From positions 37,677,498 to 37,710,963 of the forward strand of contig NC_068990.1 of the NCBI RefSeq assembly GCF_001194135.2: a stretch of DNA of 33,466 bases, in the 5' to 3' direction. Numbering within the stretch: the stretch's first letter is position 1; every line of letters starts with the position of its first letter. The notes under the pieces are model-generated. The model did not search any database. It was not told the DNA's origin and was given only the letters and a program-made list of their open reading frames with translations. The position numbers and the translations under genes are program-made. Origin of the DNA: Octopus bimaculoides. Lineage: Eukaryota. Shown here piece after piece: positions 1 through 11,405 of this stretch.

Positions 1-49
<49 letters not shown>

Positions 50-115
50 TAGATACATACATACATACACAGAGACATATATATAAATATGTATACATAC
101 ACACACATGCATCCA
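1..115. repeat. (AT)n / (ATAC)n microsatellite
   Basis: Perfect AT run then ATAC/AC repeats. Confidence 0.95.
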
Positions 116-571
116 CATATGGATACATACATATGCACATATTGGTGCAGTGGAACAAACAGGAGAAAAAAATCAATTCTTAAGAGCATATGTATGCTTT
201 TTATTTGGCTGTAAAGTTTCATAAGTCACTCAAGACACCAAAGTTTTGCACTAATCACTCTGTTAAGTGCAACGTAAGAAATACTTGGCCCTTGAGTCAT
301 TTGTTTAACTTTACAACTGAATAATATATGTGTTGGGCATATATACATCTGAGTATCTCTATCTGTATGTGTGCATGCATATGCACACACACATGCACAC
401 AAATACTCATTCAATTTTTAGTTCGTATGTTGTTTGTACCTTATGAATATGTTTGAGATATTTCTCAATGTATGAAAAAATTAGTAACACATAAAACTAT
501 ATATTGTGTCTATTAAATAATATTTATTTCTCACAAGACGGAGTACTTTTTTGTTGATCTTACCATCAAGG

Positions 572-575
<4 letters not shown>

Positions 576-618
<43 letters not shown>

Positions 619-735
619 CATACATACATACATATATATGAAAGAAGGTTTGAAAATGCAATTTTAAAGATGTTTATTCACTTGACCGGACCGGTTTCAC
701 TTTTTTAGAAAAAGATTGTCAACTTTACTTTGTTA

Positions 736-767
<32 letters not shown>

Positions 768-780
768 GATATATATATAT
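576..780. repeat. Two (TA)n arrays (576-639, 735-780) enclosing a 95-bp insert
   Basis: Directly visible; the insert is 640-734. Confidence 0.9.
640..734 (-). mobile_element. Short TA-embedded element with a degenerate minimal hammerhead-like motif (Penelope-like pseudo-LTR/retrozyme-type remnant)
   Basis: Minus strand reads TTGACAA-TCTTTTTCTAAAAAAGT-GAAAC-CGGTCCGGTC, then AATAAA. A stem II hairpin and a palindromic ACCGGT follow the core, but stem I is not formed in this copy. Confidence 0.4.
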
Positions 781-1149
781 CTTATGGAAACTCACTGTCA
801 TCTTTCTGTGTCATCAGATAAATATTTGAACCCTTATGACTTCCATGATAAGCACAATCTCCCTCTCTTGGAATCATAATGAGAAAAGATAACACAGTTT
901 CTTATTTTACCATTTCTGTATAGTTTATGAGACTTCATCTTCTTGGTTTGATGCAAAAAATTTAGTCACATATATTTGACCACTGAGATTGTAAAAAAGC
1001 CTGTACAAATACTGCAACAGTCTTGGAGGGATTTGACTGTAGAAAATAAAAACTCAGAATAAATACTACAAGGCATTTTGCTTGATATGCTTTTGGTCTT
1101 ACAAAAAAAAAAGACTAACAAAAGCATCAGGCTACAGATAATACCATTC

Positions 1150-1460
1150 TCAAAGCACCACTATTTGAAGTTCCAAATGTAACAGAAGCGATTTTCTCAT
1201 CCTTAGTCTAGTAAACCAATGATCTTGGACTATCACCCCTGACTATAACCAGCTGAACCACACCATTGTCTTGCAATGATGAGGTACAGATTGGAGAATA
1301 AACTGGGTTAACAGATTGCTAAAATCAGTGAAGAAGGTAGTAAAAGAGAAAGACACCTACAAAACTTGTATTCAAAGGAAGAAAAGTGGAATATACTAGG
1401 AGAAGCAGATCTTCTCCTGGAACTGTATGAAGTTTACATTGCTTTGAATATTAATGACAG
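1150..1460 (+). mobile_element. Possible highly decayed LTR-retrotransposon RT fragment
   Basis: 1191-1258 translates IFSSLV**TND (frameshift) WTITPDYNQLN, resembling the Gypsy/ERV-L RT motif FNSPVW..K.DGSWRMTVDYRKLN. Flanks are not clearly alignable. Confidence 0.3.
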
Positions 1461-1473
1461 ACCATGGGCAACA

Positions 1474-1862
1474 TTTGTTTTGTTGGCACTCCGTCGCTTA
1501 TGACGTCGAGGGTTCCAGTTGATCCGATCAATGGAACAGCCTGCTTGTGAAATTAGTGTGCAAGTGGCTGAGCACTCCACGGACACGTGCACCCTTAACG
1601 TAGTTCTCGGGAATATTCAGCGTGACACAGTGTGACAAGGCTGACCCTTTGAATTACAGGCACAACAGAAACAGGAAGTAAGAGCAAGAGAAAGTTGTGG
1701 TGAAAGAGTACAGCAGGGTTCGCCACCATCCCCTGCCGGAGCCTCGTGGAGCTTTAGGTGTTTCCGCTCAATAAACACTCACAACGGCCGGTCTGGGAAT
1801 CAAAACCACGATCCTAAGACCGCGAGTCCGCTGCCCTAACCACTGGGCCATTGCGCCTCCAC
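1474..1862 (-). mobile_element. tRNA-derived SINE family A, full length (octopus OR-like)
   Basis: Minus-strand head GGAGGCGCAATGGCCCAGTGGTTAGGGCAGCGG with A box TGGCCCAGTGG and B-box-like GGTTTTGATTCC; tail GTGCCAACAAAACAAA. Highly similar to 8387-8776. TSD ATGGGCAA at 1464-1471 and 1864-1871. Confidence 0.9.
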
Positions 1863-2324
1863 AATGGGCAATAAGATTTAGGAAAATAGCAATTATTTAT
1901 AAGAATGGTTCTGAATACACAGAACAGGCAAGTGGTACATTATTGTAGCAAAGAAACCTTGAAGTTATGAGCAGCTGTACATTAACCATTAGACGAACAT
2001 GGACGTTTCTCACTCATTCTGACTCCTAAGATGCGCATAGACACTTTTTGTCAGTAAACATTTTCAGTAGTTGAGTATCATATATGTCTAAGAAATACCT
2101 AGTTCTATTTGTATTCTTTTAAATTCTAAGTTTCAAATCTTTCTTAAGCCTCCTTTGCCTTTTATCCTTCAGAAGTTACTAAAATAAAATTCCAGTTAAG
2201 TATTAGAGTTAATATAACCAACTGTAAATTCTTCATCTAAAATGTGTTGTCTTGTACTTCTGTTAGAAATGTTTGATGAGGTGGGGAGGTATGTGTCCCA
2301 TGCTGTATTTAATTATATATCTTT

Positions 2325-2425
2325 AAATGTCAATTCAAAAATCCAAGGGGATCGATTTCCCTTTTATCTTCTCCAAGATCAATAAGACAAGATCAAACTC
2401 AGTCAATTTCTGGGTACTGTAATCT
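2325..2425 (+). mobile_element. Degenerate SINE family C fragment
   Basis: TTCAAAAATCCAAGGGGATCGATTTCCCTTTTATCTT..GATCAATAA aligns loosely to TTCAAATTCCGCCGAGGTCGACTTTGCCTTTCATCC..GTCGATAAA. Confidence 0.45.
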
Positions 2426-2824
2426 AAAAATTGGTTTGATACTCAATAGAAGAGTTAAAATCAGATATACATACCAGCCAAGCATTCATTAATATTATAA
2501 CTGCAACTCTTCATACAACAGTAGATTCTACCACTGAAAGACACCTATCTACAGATAGTCAAAATATTTTGAACAGAGCTGGCCACAAGTGATAAAAGAA
2601 GAAACACTTCAAAAGTAAAATGATATTTCAGAAAATTATAATTATTTATATGGGAAATGTTAAAACCAAAATGACATTAATAGATATTTTGCTTTAGCAA
2701 TCATTTGCAATTTTTTTTTTTTTTATTGTATTTTTCCAAATGCTTTAGACACCTTCATTGCTGGTAGCTGACTCAACAATTAATCACATGGTACGAGGCA
2801 CATTACCACTTATTTCTCCCGACA

Positions 2825-2945
2825 ACAAGAGTGTCAACAAGAGAATCACCAACAACATCAGCATCATCTATAGTAATAACAAGAACAACAGGAGCAGCAC
2901 CAGTAACAGCAACAATAACTACAACAACAAAAGGAACAATAAATA
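2825..2945. repeat. Degenerate (AAC)n/(AGC)n trinucleotide repeat
   Basis: Visible; explains the N/T-rich pseudo-ORFs 2758-3016. Confidence 0.85.
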
Positions 2946-3619
2946 AAAATACATCATTTTTTTTTTTCTTAGCGGAAATGTTTGATTTCCTGATCTCATT
3001 AAATTTGATTGCTTGATTTTACTTCATTTTATTCTCATCACATTTTTTTGTGTGTGAGTATTTACGGGAATTTTTTTACTCATCTTTTTCTTCTTTTATT
3101 TATATATTTTATTTATTACACTAGAGAATTTTGGTCTTGTTTACAGCTCAAAGTCGAATGTTCAAAAACGAATGTTTTATATATATTTCTTTCTAAAATA
3201 CCTTGTCAATTAGGATGAGTACAGCAGAATTCTGTGACTCAACAAAGTCATTTGATGTTACCTTTTAAGGTTTTATAATCTTGGACGGAGGAACTGTTTG
3301 TCAGCAAATGGTCATCTGAGGTTAAGAAAATAAGTCTCTATAACATTATTGATTTTTACTTATCAAAGTAGAAATTATAGGGCCAATTATTGTTGATGTT
3401 AGAGCCACTACACTTGCAAGCTCTCCCTCAAGCACATAAATAATTATAAAAATATAACTGTACACTTTCAGTTTCTTTCTTTCTCTACCTCTCACCCCTC
3501 CTCCACCACCACAACACTCTCACACGCATAAACACGTATACATATTCTCTCTTCTTTGTTCTGTATATCTTTCCTTCTTTTCTCTTTCTTTGTCACTCTC
3601 ACCCACTAGAAATGTCTGA

Positions 3620-3815
3620 CAATGATGCTGTTGTTTAGCCCCAGGCTAGCCCTTATCAGGCAGATTTATGATCAACTGTGTTCTGACCATGACAGTTCCA
3701 GCTTATCTCAGATATAGCATATCTAAAAATGCTTTATCCAATGTGGTTTGCCCTGTTTGAAGATAACAGAGTGTAATTCGAGAGTAATTAGGCTGCTATT
3801 TTCTGCTAATCAAAA
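3620..3815 (+). repeat. Old dispersed repeat family D (unclassified)
   Basis: Loosely colinear with the reverse complement of 15955-16440 (GCTGTTTARCCCC.GG...GATCAA...TGACCAT...TATCTA...CTATTT). Fragment also at 22862-22900. Confidence 0.45.
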
Positions 3816-4416
3816 GAAGGCCAACGAAAACTATCATGTCTATTATAATTATCAACTAAGTGTATTCAGTATATTTAGTTTTTCAGAAAAGAACAAGCGT
3901 CAGTTGGAAATGAATATTTTTTTCAAAATTTAATGATTTATGGAAGAAAATAGCCGTGGCAGTTGCTTTAAAGTAAAATGTCATCAAGTGAGAAAACTTA
4001 TAGTTGAACAGTCTCCACTCTACACAAAGCACCTCAGAGATGTCCTTGTAGCTGAGAATATAACTAATGTTGTATCCTTCTCTTCTACAATTATCCACAT
4101 GACTAAGACAACTTTTAAGCCACACCACATAAGATAATCACCATCTTCGTTCTACTTGATAATGCTGTCTTTTTTGTTTTGGTGAACAGTGACTCTAAAC
4201 AAAATTTGATATAGCAAAGATTCATGGACAGGCTACAGCCATGCACAAAACAGCAGATTGTTAGACATGACATATTATTCCCAATGACTCAAGGAAACTT
4301 TGGCTGAGAGGACTAAATTTACAGTAATCAAATAAGTATTATTCCTGACATTTATATAATTATGATGGTGATTATTATTTTTATTATTCAGATGTCTTAT
4401 TATTATTATTATTATT

Positions 4417-5130
4417 GTTCAGTAGTTTTATTTTTATAACGTGCTTTCACTTCACTACCGAGCGCAGCTCTGTGCGCCTTGGGTATGTGCTGTGGTTTGC
4501 TGTGGTGCTCTTATGTTTACTGTATTGAAAGTGTTTTGCGTAGAATGTGTGCAGTATCCAGTACTGCAATTTTCTGTATGTTATATATATTTGTAAGTCC
4601 TGGTATTTTTGTTATGTATTTGTCTGAATATTTTTTTATTATACCTAAGGCACCTACTATGATAGGAATTGTTTCTGTTTTTAGATTCCACANNNNNNNN
4701 NNNNNNNNNNNNNNNNNNNNNNNNNNNNNNNNNNNNNNNNNNNNNNNNNNNNNNNNNNNNNNNNNNNNNNNNNNNNNNNNNNNNNNNNNNNNNNNNNNNN
4801 NNNNNNNNNNNNNNNNNNNNNNNNNNNNNNNNNNNNNNNNNNNNNNNNNNNNNNNNNNNNNNNNNNNNNNNNNNNNNNNNNNNNNNNNNNNNNNNNNNNN
4901 NNNNNTGTTGTTATTCCATAGTGTTGGCATAGCTTCCAGTGTATATAGGTCCCAGCTCTGTCGTGTCTGTGAATATATTCCTTCTTAGCCAGGACTGGGC
5001 AGCCAGAGATAATATGATTTATTGTTTCTTGTCGATCTCCACATATTCTACAGTTACTTGTTATATTTCTTTTCATTATGTGTTTTTGGTAATTTCTGGT
5101 GGGGAGGCTCTGGTCTTGTGCAGCAATTCA
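4417..5130 (-). mobile_element. R4-clade (Dong/Rex6-like) non-LTR retrotransposon, 5'-truncated, copy 1
   Basis: IAAQDQSLPTRNY..CRICGDRQETINHIISGCPVLAKKEYIHRHD..HWKLC (CCHC knuckle and RHD), then a gap at 4693-4905, then IPIIVGALG..IQKIAVLDTAHILRKTLSIQ* (stop 4517-4519). A 3' UTR and (TAA)n tail follow; the 5' junction abuts the (TAA)n array 5131-5210. Confidence 0.9.
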
Positions 5131-5209
5131 TTATTATTATTATTATTATCATTATTATTATTATTATTATCATTATTATTATTATAATTATCATTATTAT
5201 TATTATTAT

Positions 5210-5540
5210 ATAAAGGATTGAGGTAACTCCTCCAGAAGATATAGTGTCAAAATCAAAAGGAGACTGCCATTGTCATCTAGTGAACGATATTTCGACATCT
5301 TGTGTGTCTTCAACAACAGGTTTAAAAAATAATTTTGTCAACCTACTTCATTTTGGTTAACACTAGATGACAATGGCACTCTTCTTTTAATTTTCACTCT
5401 ATATCTTCTGGAGGAGTTACCTCAATCATTTATATATCAACCAAAATGAAGTAGATTGACAAAATTATGTTTTAAATCTATTGAAGACACACAAGATGTT
5501 GAAATATCATTCACGAGATGACAATGGCACTCTTCTTTTA
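5210..5540. repeat. 151-bp tandem-repeat unit in both orientations (foldback)
   Basis: 5216-5283 is the reverse complement of 5361-5427, and 5256-5358 of 5439-5539. CAATGGCACTCTTCTTTTAA recurs at 5371 and 5522 (period 151). Confidence 0.85.
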
Positions 5541-5546
5541 ACATGA

Positions 5547-5577
<31 letters not shown>

Positions 5578-5795
5578 TAAGTTAGCGAGCAGGCAGAATT
5601 GTTAGCATGCTGGATGAAATACTTAGCAGCATTTTGTCTGCTGCTACATTCTGTGTTCAAATTCTGCTGAGGTCAACTTTGCCTTTCATCCTTTTGGGGT
5701 CAATAAATTAAGTACCAGTGAAACACTGAGTTAGATGTAATTTACTAGTCCCCTCTCGTCAAATTTCAGGCCTTGCACCTTTAGTAGAAAGGATT
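5578..5795 (+). mobile_element. tRNA-derived SINE family C
   Basis: Head AG..AGCGAGCAGGCAGAATTGTTAGCA, B-box-like GTTCAAATTC, body GTCAACTTTGCCTTTCATCC..AAGTACCAG, tail GTAGAAAGG(ATT)n; preceded by (ATT)n. Confidence 0.9.
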
Positions 5796-5809
5796 ATTAT
5801 TATTATTAT

Positions 5810-6000
5810 TAAGGCTGTGAGCTGGCAGAATCGTTAGCACACTGGATGGAATGCTTAGTGGTATTTCACCCATCACTATGTTCTGAGTACAAATTCTGCC
5901 AAAGTCGATAAAATAAGTACCAGTGAAACACTGGGGTTGATGTAATCAACCAGTCCCTTCCTACCAAATCTCAAGCTTTGTGTCTTTAGTAGAAAGGATT
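5810..6000 (+). mobile_element. tRNA-derived SINE family C (second tandem copy)
   Basis: Colinear with 5578-5795 with an internal deletion; (ATT)n on both sides. Confidence 0.9.
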
Positions 6001-6048
6001 ATAATTATAATTATTATTATCATTGTTAGTATTATTATTATTATTATT

Positions 6049-6230
6049 GTGCTATGTAAAACGCACTAAGTTCACTTTGCTGAGTGGTTGGTGCTAGGAA
6101 GGACATCCAGCTGTAAAAATCCTGCCAAAACAGTTACAGAAGTCTGGTGCAGGCTTCTGCCTGACTGGCTCTTGTCAAACTGTCCCACCCATGCCAGCAT
6201 GGAAGGTAGACGTTAAATGATGATGAGGAT
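6049..6230 (+). mobile_element. 3' part of another SINE-like element with (TGA)n tail
   Basis: GTGGTTGGTGCTAGGAAGGACATCCAGCTGTAAAA...CCCATGCCAGCATGGAA..GACGTTAAATGATGATGA. The AGGAAGGGCATCC.GC.GTAAAA-like block resembles a conserved SINE central domain (possibly the Meta domain, from recall); single copy here. Confidence 0.6.
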
Positions 6231-6735
6231 GTGACACAGAAATCCCATAATATTCTGTAGTTATCATTCACCACCACAGCTTCTGGCTCGAGTTCATACC
6301 ATTTTTCCGTTCCTTTGAATCCACAAACTTAGCTAACATCCTAATGCATTCTTTTACCGGTACAGTTATTCCTGTATTTATACTCTTTTTGCACTAGCTT
6401 ACTGCATTCACTTAACAGATGGTTAATATTTTCATTTCCTTTTTCAATGATTATGAAGTTGTTCTCTAACAGAGTTTTATCAATCCTTGTCTTTATCAAG
6501 TTTGTGCTAAGAGTTTTTTCCTGAGTGGCTATAATTAGTAATTACAGTTTAACATTGCAGATTTTCACCTGTCAGTCACAACACCATTTTTATTTTTGGC
6601 ATGTTTAGTGTGTAGCATGAACTAGTTTGGTAATACCTTTCACCAGCTATTTCTCTTGTCATTCTTCCTTCCATTTTTCAGTTCTCTTACTGCAACATTA
6701 TGGATATTGCTCACTGCAAACAATATTCTTTCTAC
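6231..6735 (-). mobile_element. R4-clade retrotransposon fragment, copy 2 (decayed)
   Basis: LIIATQEKTLSTNLIKTRIDK..ENINHLLSECSKLVQKEYKYR..KWYELEPEAVVVNDNYRILWDF, with internal stops. Bounded by the SINE at 6230 and SINE B at 6742. Confidence 0.85.
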
Positions 6736-6741
6736 TTTATG

Positions 6742-7140
6742 TATCTTTTATCTTTTACTTGTTTCAGTCATTTGACTGCGGCCATGCTGGAGCACCGCCC
6801 TTAGTCGAGCAAATCGACCCCAGGACTTATTCTTTGTAAGCCTAGTACTTATTCTATCGGTCTCTTTTGCCGAACCGCTAAGTTACGGGGACGTAAACAC
6901 ACCAGCATCAGTTGTCAAGCAATGCTAGGGGGGACAAACACAGACACACAAATACAATATACATATACATATATACGACGGGCTTCTTTCAGTTTCCGTC
7001 TACCAAATCTACTCACAAGGCTTTGGTCGGCCCGAGGCTATAGTAGAAGACACTTGCCCAAGGTGCCACGCAGTGGGACTGAACCCGGGACCATGTGGTT
7101 GGTAAGCAAGCTACTTACCACACAGCCACTCCTGCGCCTA
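6742..7140 (-). mobile_element. tRNA-derived SINE family B, full length (octopus OK-like, CORE-like centre)
   Basis: Minus-strand head GGCGCAGGAGTGGCTGTGTGGTAAG..GGGTTCAGTCCC (A/B boxes), then TTGGGCAAGTGTCTTCTAC, an internal TA/TG microsatellite and a (TAAAAGA)n tail. Homologous copies at 22157-22820, 29925-30156 and 31549-31595. Confidence 0.92.
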
Positions 7141-7579
7141 TGACATAATTTTTCACATCCAGTATCCAGTATTGTGATACTGAATTTAAAAAAAACTCTC
7201 TCTCCCCTTCTTTTCTCTGTAGGGTCTGTTATATTACTTTTAGGGTAGTGTGTGCTGTGCATTGTAAGCAGCTTCTAAGCTGCTCAGTCTTTGCCCATTT
7301 TAGAAAAGGGAGCAAGGTATATCAATATTGTTTTGGCCCATGAGTTGATTACCTTGATAACATTCCCTCTATTTAATTTTGTTTTGAGTTCCTTCCTAAT
7401 CATTTCTTTTTACTTCTCTTTTATGCTTTGGTTAATTTTGCATTCCTTTACCTTATTGTCCAGCTGCACGCTTAGGAACTTGTATCTTTCATTATTGCTC
7501 AGTGATCTAATATCATCATGTGGTGTCTTTATATCATCAGATTTAATATTTCAGCCTCTCTTCATAATTAAAAGGCAAA

Positions 7580-7705
7580 TATTATTATTATTATTATTAT
7601 TGTTATTATTATCATTAGTCGACATCGACATTATCTTCATCACTATCACCACCACCACCAATAGCAACAACAACAACCACCACCATCACCTTCATCATTA
7701 TTAAG
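7580..7705. repeat. Compound (ATT)n/(ACC)n/(AAC)n microsatellite
   Basis: Visible. Confidence 0.9.
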
Positions 7706-8386
7706 AGTATCCTTACTACTTAAAGTTGCATATATACTCTCTGTCTGTCTTTCTCCTGCTGCCTCTCAGCAGTGCCATCTGTATAGATTCATTGAACTGG
7801 GAAACAACCCAAATTTAGTACCGTGCTTCATTGGAGTTAGCATCCTATATTATATTTCTCTAGGAAACCACATCGACCTCTAAGGCTAAGTTTAAGTTAA
7901 TCAATAATTAATTGGTCCATTTTATTTTGGTTGTTTTTGTTAACGGCATCCCTAGCTATTAGAAATTGTATGCATATTCTCTGACTGGTCAGTGTTATTC
8001 CTCTCAACCCCTGTCTCATCCAATGAGTTGCTAACTTTCTCAATGGTTCATTTTCTTAAGTTTTATATTCTTTGCAGTATGATGCCACACTCTGAGAATT
8101 CTTTGCAGGATTGTAGGAGAGACAGAGAAAAAGCAACTTGGCTTTAAATTTAGATTCCCTAAACCAGTTGCGCTGAATAAAATAGTTGTATGAGGAAACA
8201 GTGGAATTCAAAAGTCTCAGATAAGGCAGCTAAATCACTCTGAGAGAATCTTCTGCACTGTTAAGTTGTAGACTCATCAAACCATGGTAAACCTGCACAG
8301 CAGATAGATAATTCTAAGCAAAAATTTGCTTCCAGGAGATGTGGGTTCTACAAACTACAGTGACGGTAATTCATCTAAAAGAGCAA

Positions 8387-8776
8387 TTGTTTTGTTGGCA
8401 CTCCATCGGTTACGATGACGAGTGTTCCAGTTGATCCGATCAATGGAACAGCTTGCTTGTGAAATTAACGTGCAAGTGGCTGAGCACTCCACAGACAAGT
8501 GTAACCTTAATGTAGTTCTCGGGGAGATTTAGCGTGACACAGAGTGTGACAAGGCTGGCCCATTTGAAATACAGGTACAACAGAAACAGGAATAAAGAGT
8601 GAGAAGAAGTTGTGGTGAAAGAGTAGAGCAGGGTTCACCACCACCCCCTGCTGGAGCCTCGTGAAGCTTTAGGTGTTTTCGCTCAATAAACGCTCACAAC
8701 GCCCGGTCTGGGAATCGAAACCGCGATCCTAAGATCGCGAGTCCACTGCCCTAACTACTGGGCCATTGCACCTCCA
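8387..8776 (-). mobile_element. SINE family A, full length
   Basis: Colinear with 1474-1862; B box GGTTTCGATTCCC; TSD GAGCAAT at 8381-8387 and 8783-8789. Confidence 0.92.
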
Positions 8777-10129
8777 AAAAAGGAGCAATAACTGCAAATA
8801 ACTAATAAACATGAAGCTAAACCATTAAGTCTTGTCAGAATGAGTTCGTGATGAAAAGTGATTTGTGTTAGAAAGAGCAGATAGTTTTGAAGGTACCAAA
8901 ATCATAACAATCAAGTAATTGAAAAACCTTAGTTGAGTATAGAACTAATGTTTACCATTTTAGTGCTGCACACATTAATAGGAATAGTTGTATTTGAGAA
9001 TCCTTCAATTGTCATCAAACATTCTACCAATTCTTTTCTATTTAGACACCAAGCAACCACCACTAGGCACTTACCTCTCTCTTATTTCTACAAAAACTGA
9101 GAGCTACCACTATATATGTTGGCTTGATAGAATGTAGAACTGAGGATATTTTAGAGATTTTTGAATGGTGGCAAGAAGTGAGAGGAAGAGGAGCCTTCAC
9201 TAGGTTACTAACTGGGCAAGGCACACAGGTACAGATTCTCTTAAGAGGATAGCTGTGCTGAATTTGGTGAACAATTACCTTTACATTTCCCCATAATCAG
9301 TGACTGATTGACGAAAGGTCATTTCTATATGGACCTCTTACATATTATCATGATAACAGACAATAGGGATCTTTTTATCCTAACTAATGATTTAACTGAC
9401 ATATTAGACAACATGAGAGCTAGTCATGTGGGGGCTATGGCTATGATGTACAGAATGAAACATGTTCGATAATCTTAGCGTTCTGTCTTATCAATGGCTT
9501 TGCTATTTACAGTACTAATTTCAGGAAATTTGCCAGCCACATCCCAGCAGGTCGGACACGAAAACTAGATAGATTTGTGTATATACACAAGGTAACGGGA
9601 TAAACAGGTGGTTGTGAATACTAATTCTTCTCTCCTTTGGAGAGTGTGCCACTCTTCACAGAGCTAGGTATTAGTGGTATTAGATTAAGAGCAAAACAAA
9701 CCCAGAAACTCAAGAAAATCTGGAGAGGAAAGGCACTGAAAATTCTTTGGCCCTGTACAGGTTCAAAGAAGCATTGAGTGTCGGATAAACAAGAGGCAGA
9801 GAGAAAGACATATAGATAGTGACTTACAGCTTAGAAGAAAACCTTGCTGTGAGCTTCATATTAGATATGTGGATGAAGTTACATCCCAGCCAAACAGAAG
9901 GTAAACAATGGATAAGGAAAATATTACCATAAATGCTAAAAGTAAGACAGGAATGGAAAGAATAAAAGTGGGAAGTAAGGAACAGTACTATGTAGTTGAG
10001 AGAGAGAATGAGAGAGTGAAAGGGCAGCGGAAGTTGGAGAGAGGATTAATGCAAAGTATATTTAGTAGAAAGAGAACAAAAAGTAAAAGTTGTACCGAAG
10101 TTTTGGGACATAAGGCTAAGACATGAGGT

Positions 10130-10513
10130 GTTCCGGATCGTAAAGCATCGATCAGAATAAAGTCGTCTGATGTTATTCTGAGAGTTGTGGAAACCATGTA
10201 CAGAAAAATTTGTCATCAAGATGGGATTTCGTAATGAGTTCAACGAGGAATTTGATGTGCAAGTACGTATTTATCAAAGCTCGGTTCTCAGACACCTCCT
10301 GTTAATAGAAGGGGCTTAAAACTGGTTACGCAGAGGAAATTCCACGTACTAAACTCTCATATTTTAATCTGTCGAAAAATTAGAGAAGTAATGCAGAATT
10401 AATGTAGAAACAATTTTTAGAACTGAGATGCCTTAAAAGAAACGAAAAAAGTTCTAGGTGACTGGAATGAAGTGCCTTTCTGGATTGTCAGCAAGCTCAG
10501 TATGCAGAAAAGG
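10130..10513 (+). mobile_element. RTE-clade LINE RT fragment (decayed)
   Basis: RVVETMYRK, then NEFNEEFDVQVRIYQSSVLRHLL (10233-10301), matching RTE F.V.VGVHQGSVLSPLLF. Ends in SVCRKG where SINE C begins. Confidence 0.75.
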
Positions 10514-10690
10514 AAGGCAGCGAGTTGGCAGAAACCTTAGCACGACGGGCGAAATACTCAGCGGTATTTTGTCTGTCTTTACGTTCTGAGTTCAAATTCC
10601 GCCGAGGTCGAGACTTTGCCTTTCATCCTTTCGAGGTCGATAAATTAAGTACCAGTTGCGTACTGGGGTCGATCTAATCGACTGGTCTCT
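10514..10690 (+). mobile_element. SINE family C, young-looking copy, 3' end lost
   Basis: AAGGCAGCGAGTTGGCAGAAACCTTAGCACGACGGGCGAAAT..GAGTTCAAATTCCGCCGAGGTCG; CpGs retained; followed by (TCTA/TCTG)n. Confidence 0.92.
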
Positions 10691-11367
10691 ATCTATCTAT
10701 CTGTTTGTCTGTCTATCTCTCTCTCTGTATGTCTGTCTATCTATCTATCTTTGTTGGTGAAACGGATGGCACTTTCAATATCAGACTCAACAATCAGTCA
10801 TACTAAACGACTCTGTTGAAGCTCAGTATTTTTTTTTTGTTACATATTTTCCATATTTCCTTATATGACCTTTATCTTCGGCATCGAAAGATAACATTGC
10901 TAAGCCCATTAGTCCGAATCATTTTGCGACTTTCATATACCAACTTTAAAATTACGCAACGTTAAGACTTGCAAATTATTTTATAAATGATAAAATCATA
11001 AACACAAGTTTTAAAACTATATATTTGTTATGTTTTGATCGATTTAAGGATATATTTTACGTGATGTATCTGCGTGTTTAATTTTGATTTGTATTTCGAA
11101 ATTAATACAAATCTAATTGCCATTGTTTTCGTTGTGTAATTTTTGACTATCACTAGCATCTGTGTTTATTTGTAATGTAAATTTGCTCGTGCTTTCTCTG
11201 TATGTCCAAAACGATAATGTCTGCGTCAGTTTTTGTAAATTGTTCGTTTGTTTAACTATAATTACTTTTTTATTTAATTCATTTTTAGAAATAATATTTG
11301 CAAAATTATTCGTAAAATTTTCAATGAAAGACTTTGGGACATAAGCGCTTCGACTACTCTTGTGACT

Positions 11368-11371
<4 letters not shown>

Positions 11372-11403
<32 letters not shown>
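11372..11403. repeat. Poly-T tract
   Basis: Visible run of about 30 T. Confidence 0.95.

Positions 11404-11405
<2 letters not shown>

Noticed and set aside
1790-1862. tRNA-like sequences in the heads of SINEs A, B and C
   Set aside because: They continue into SINE bodies and lack acceptor stems; not tRNA genes.
2377-2415. Strong pyrimidine acceptor and open 36-nt exon
   Set aside because: Explained by a degenerate SINE C body.
9100-9900. Protease-like GTQVQIL and RT-like IRYVDEV words
   Set aside because: Isolated short words with no consistent frame or spacing.
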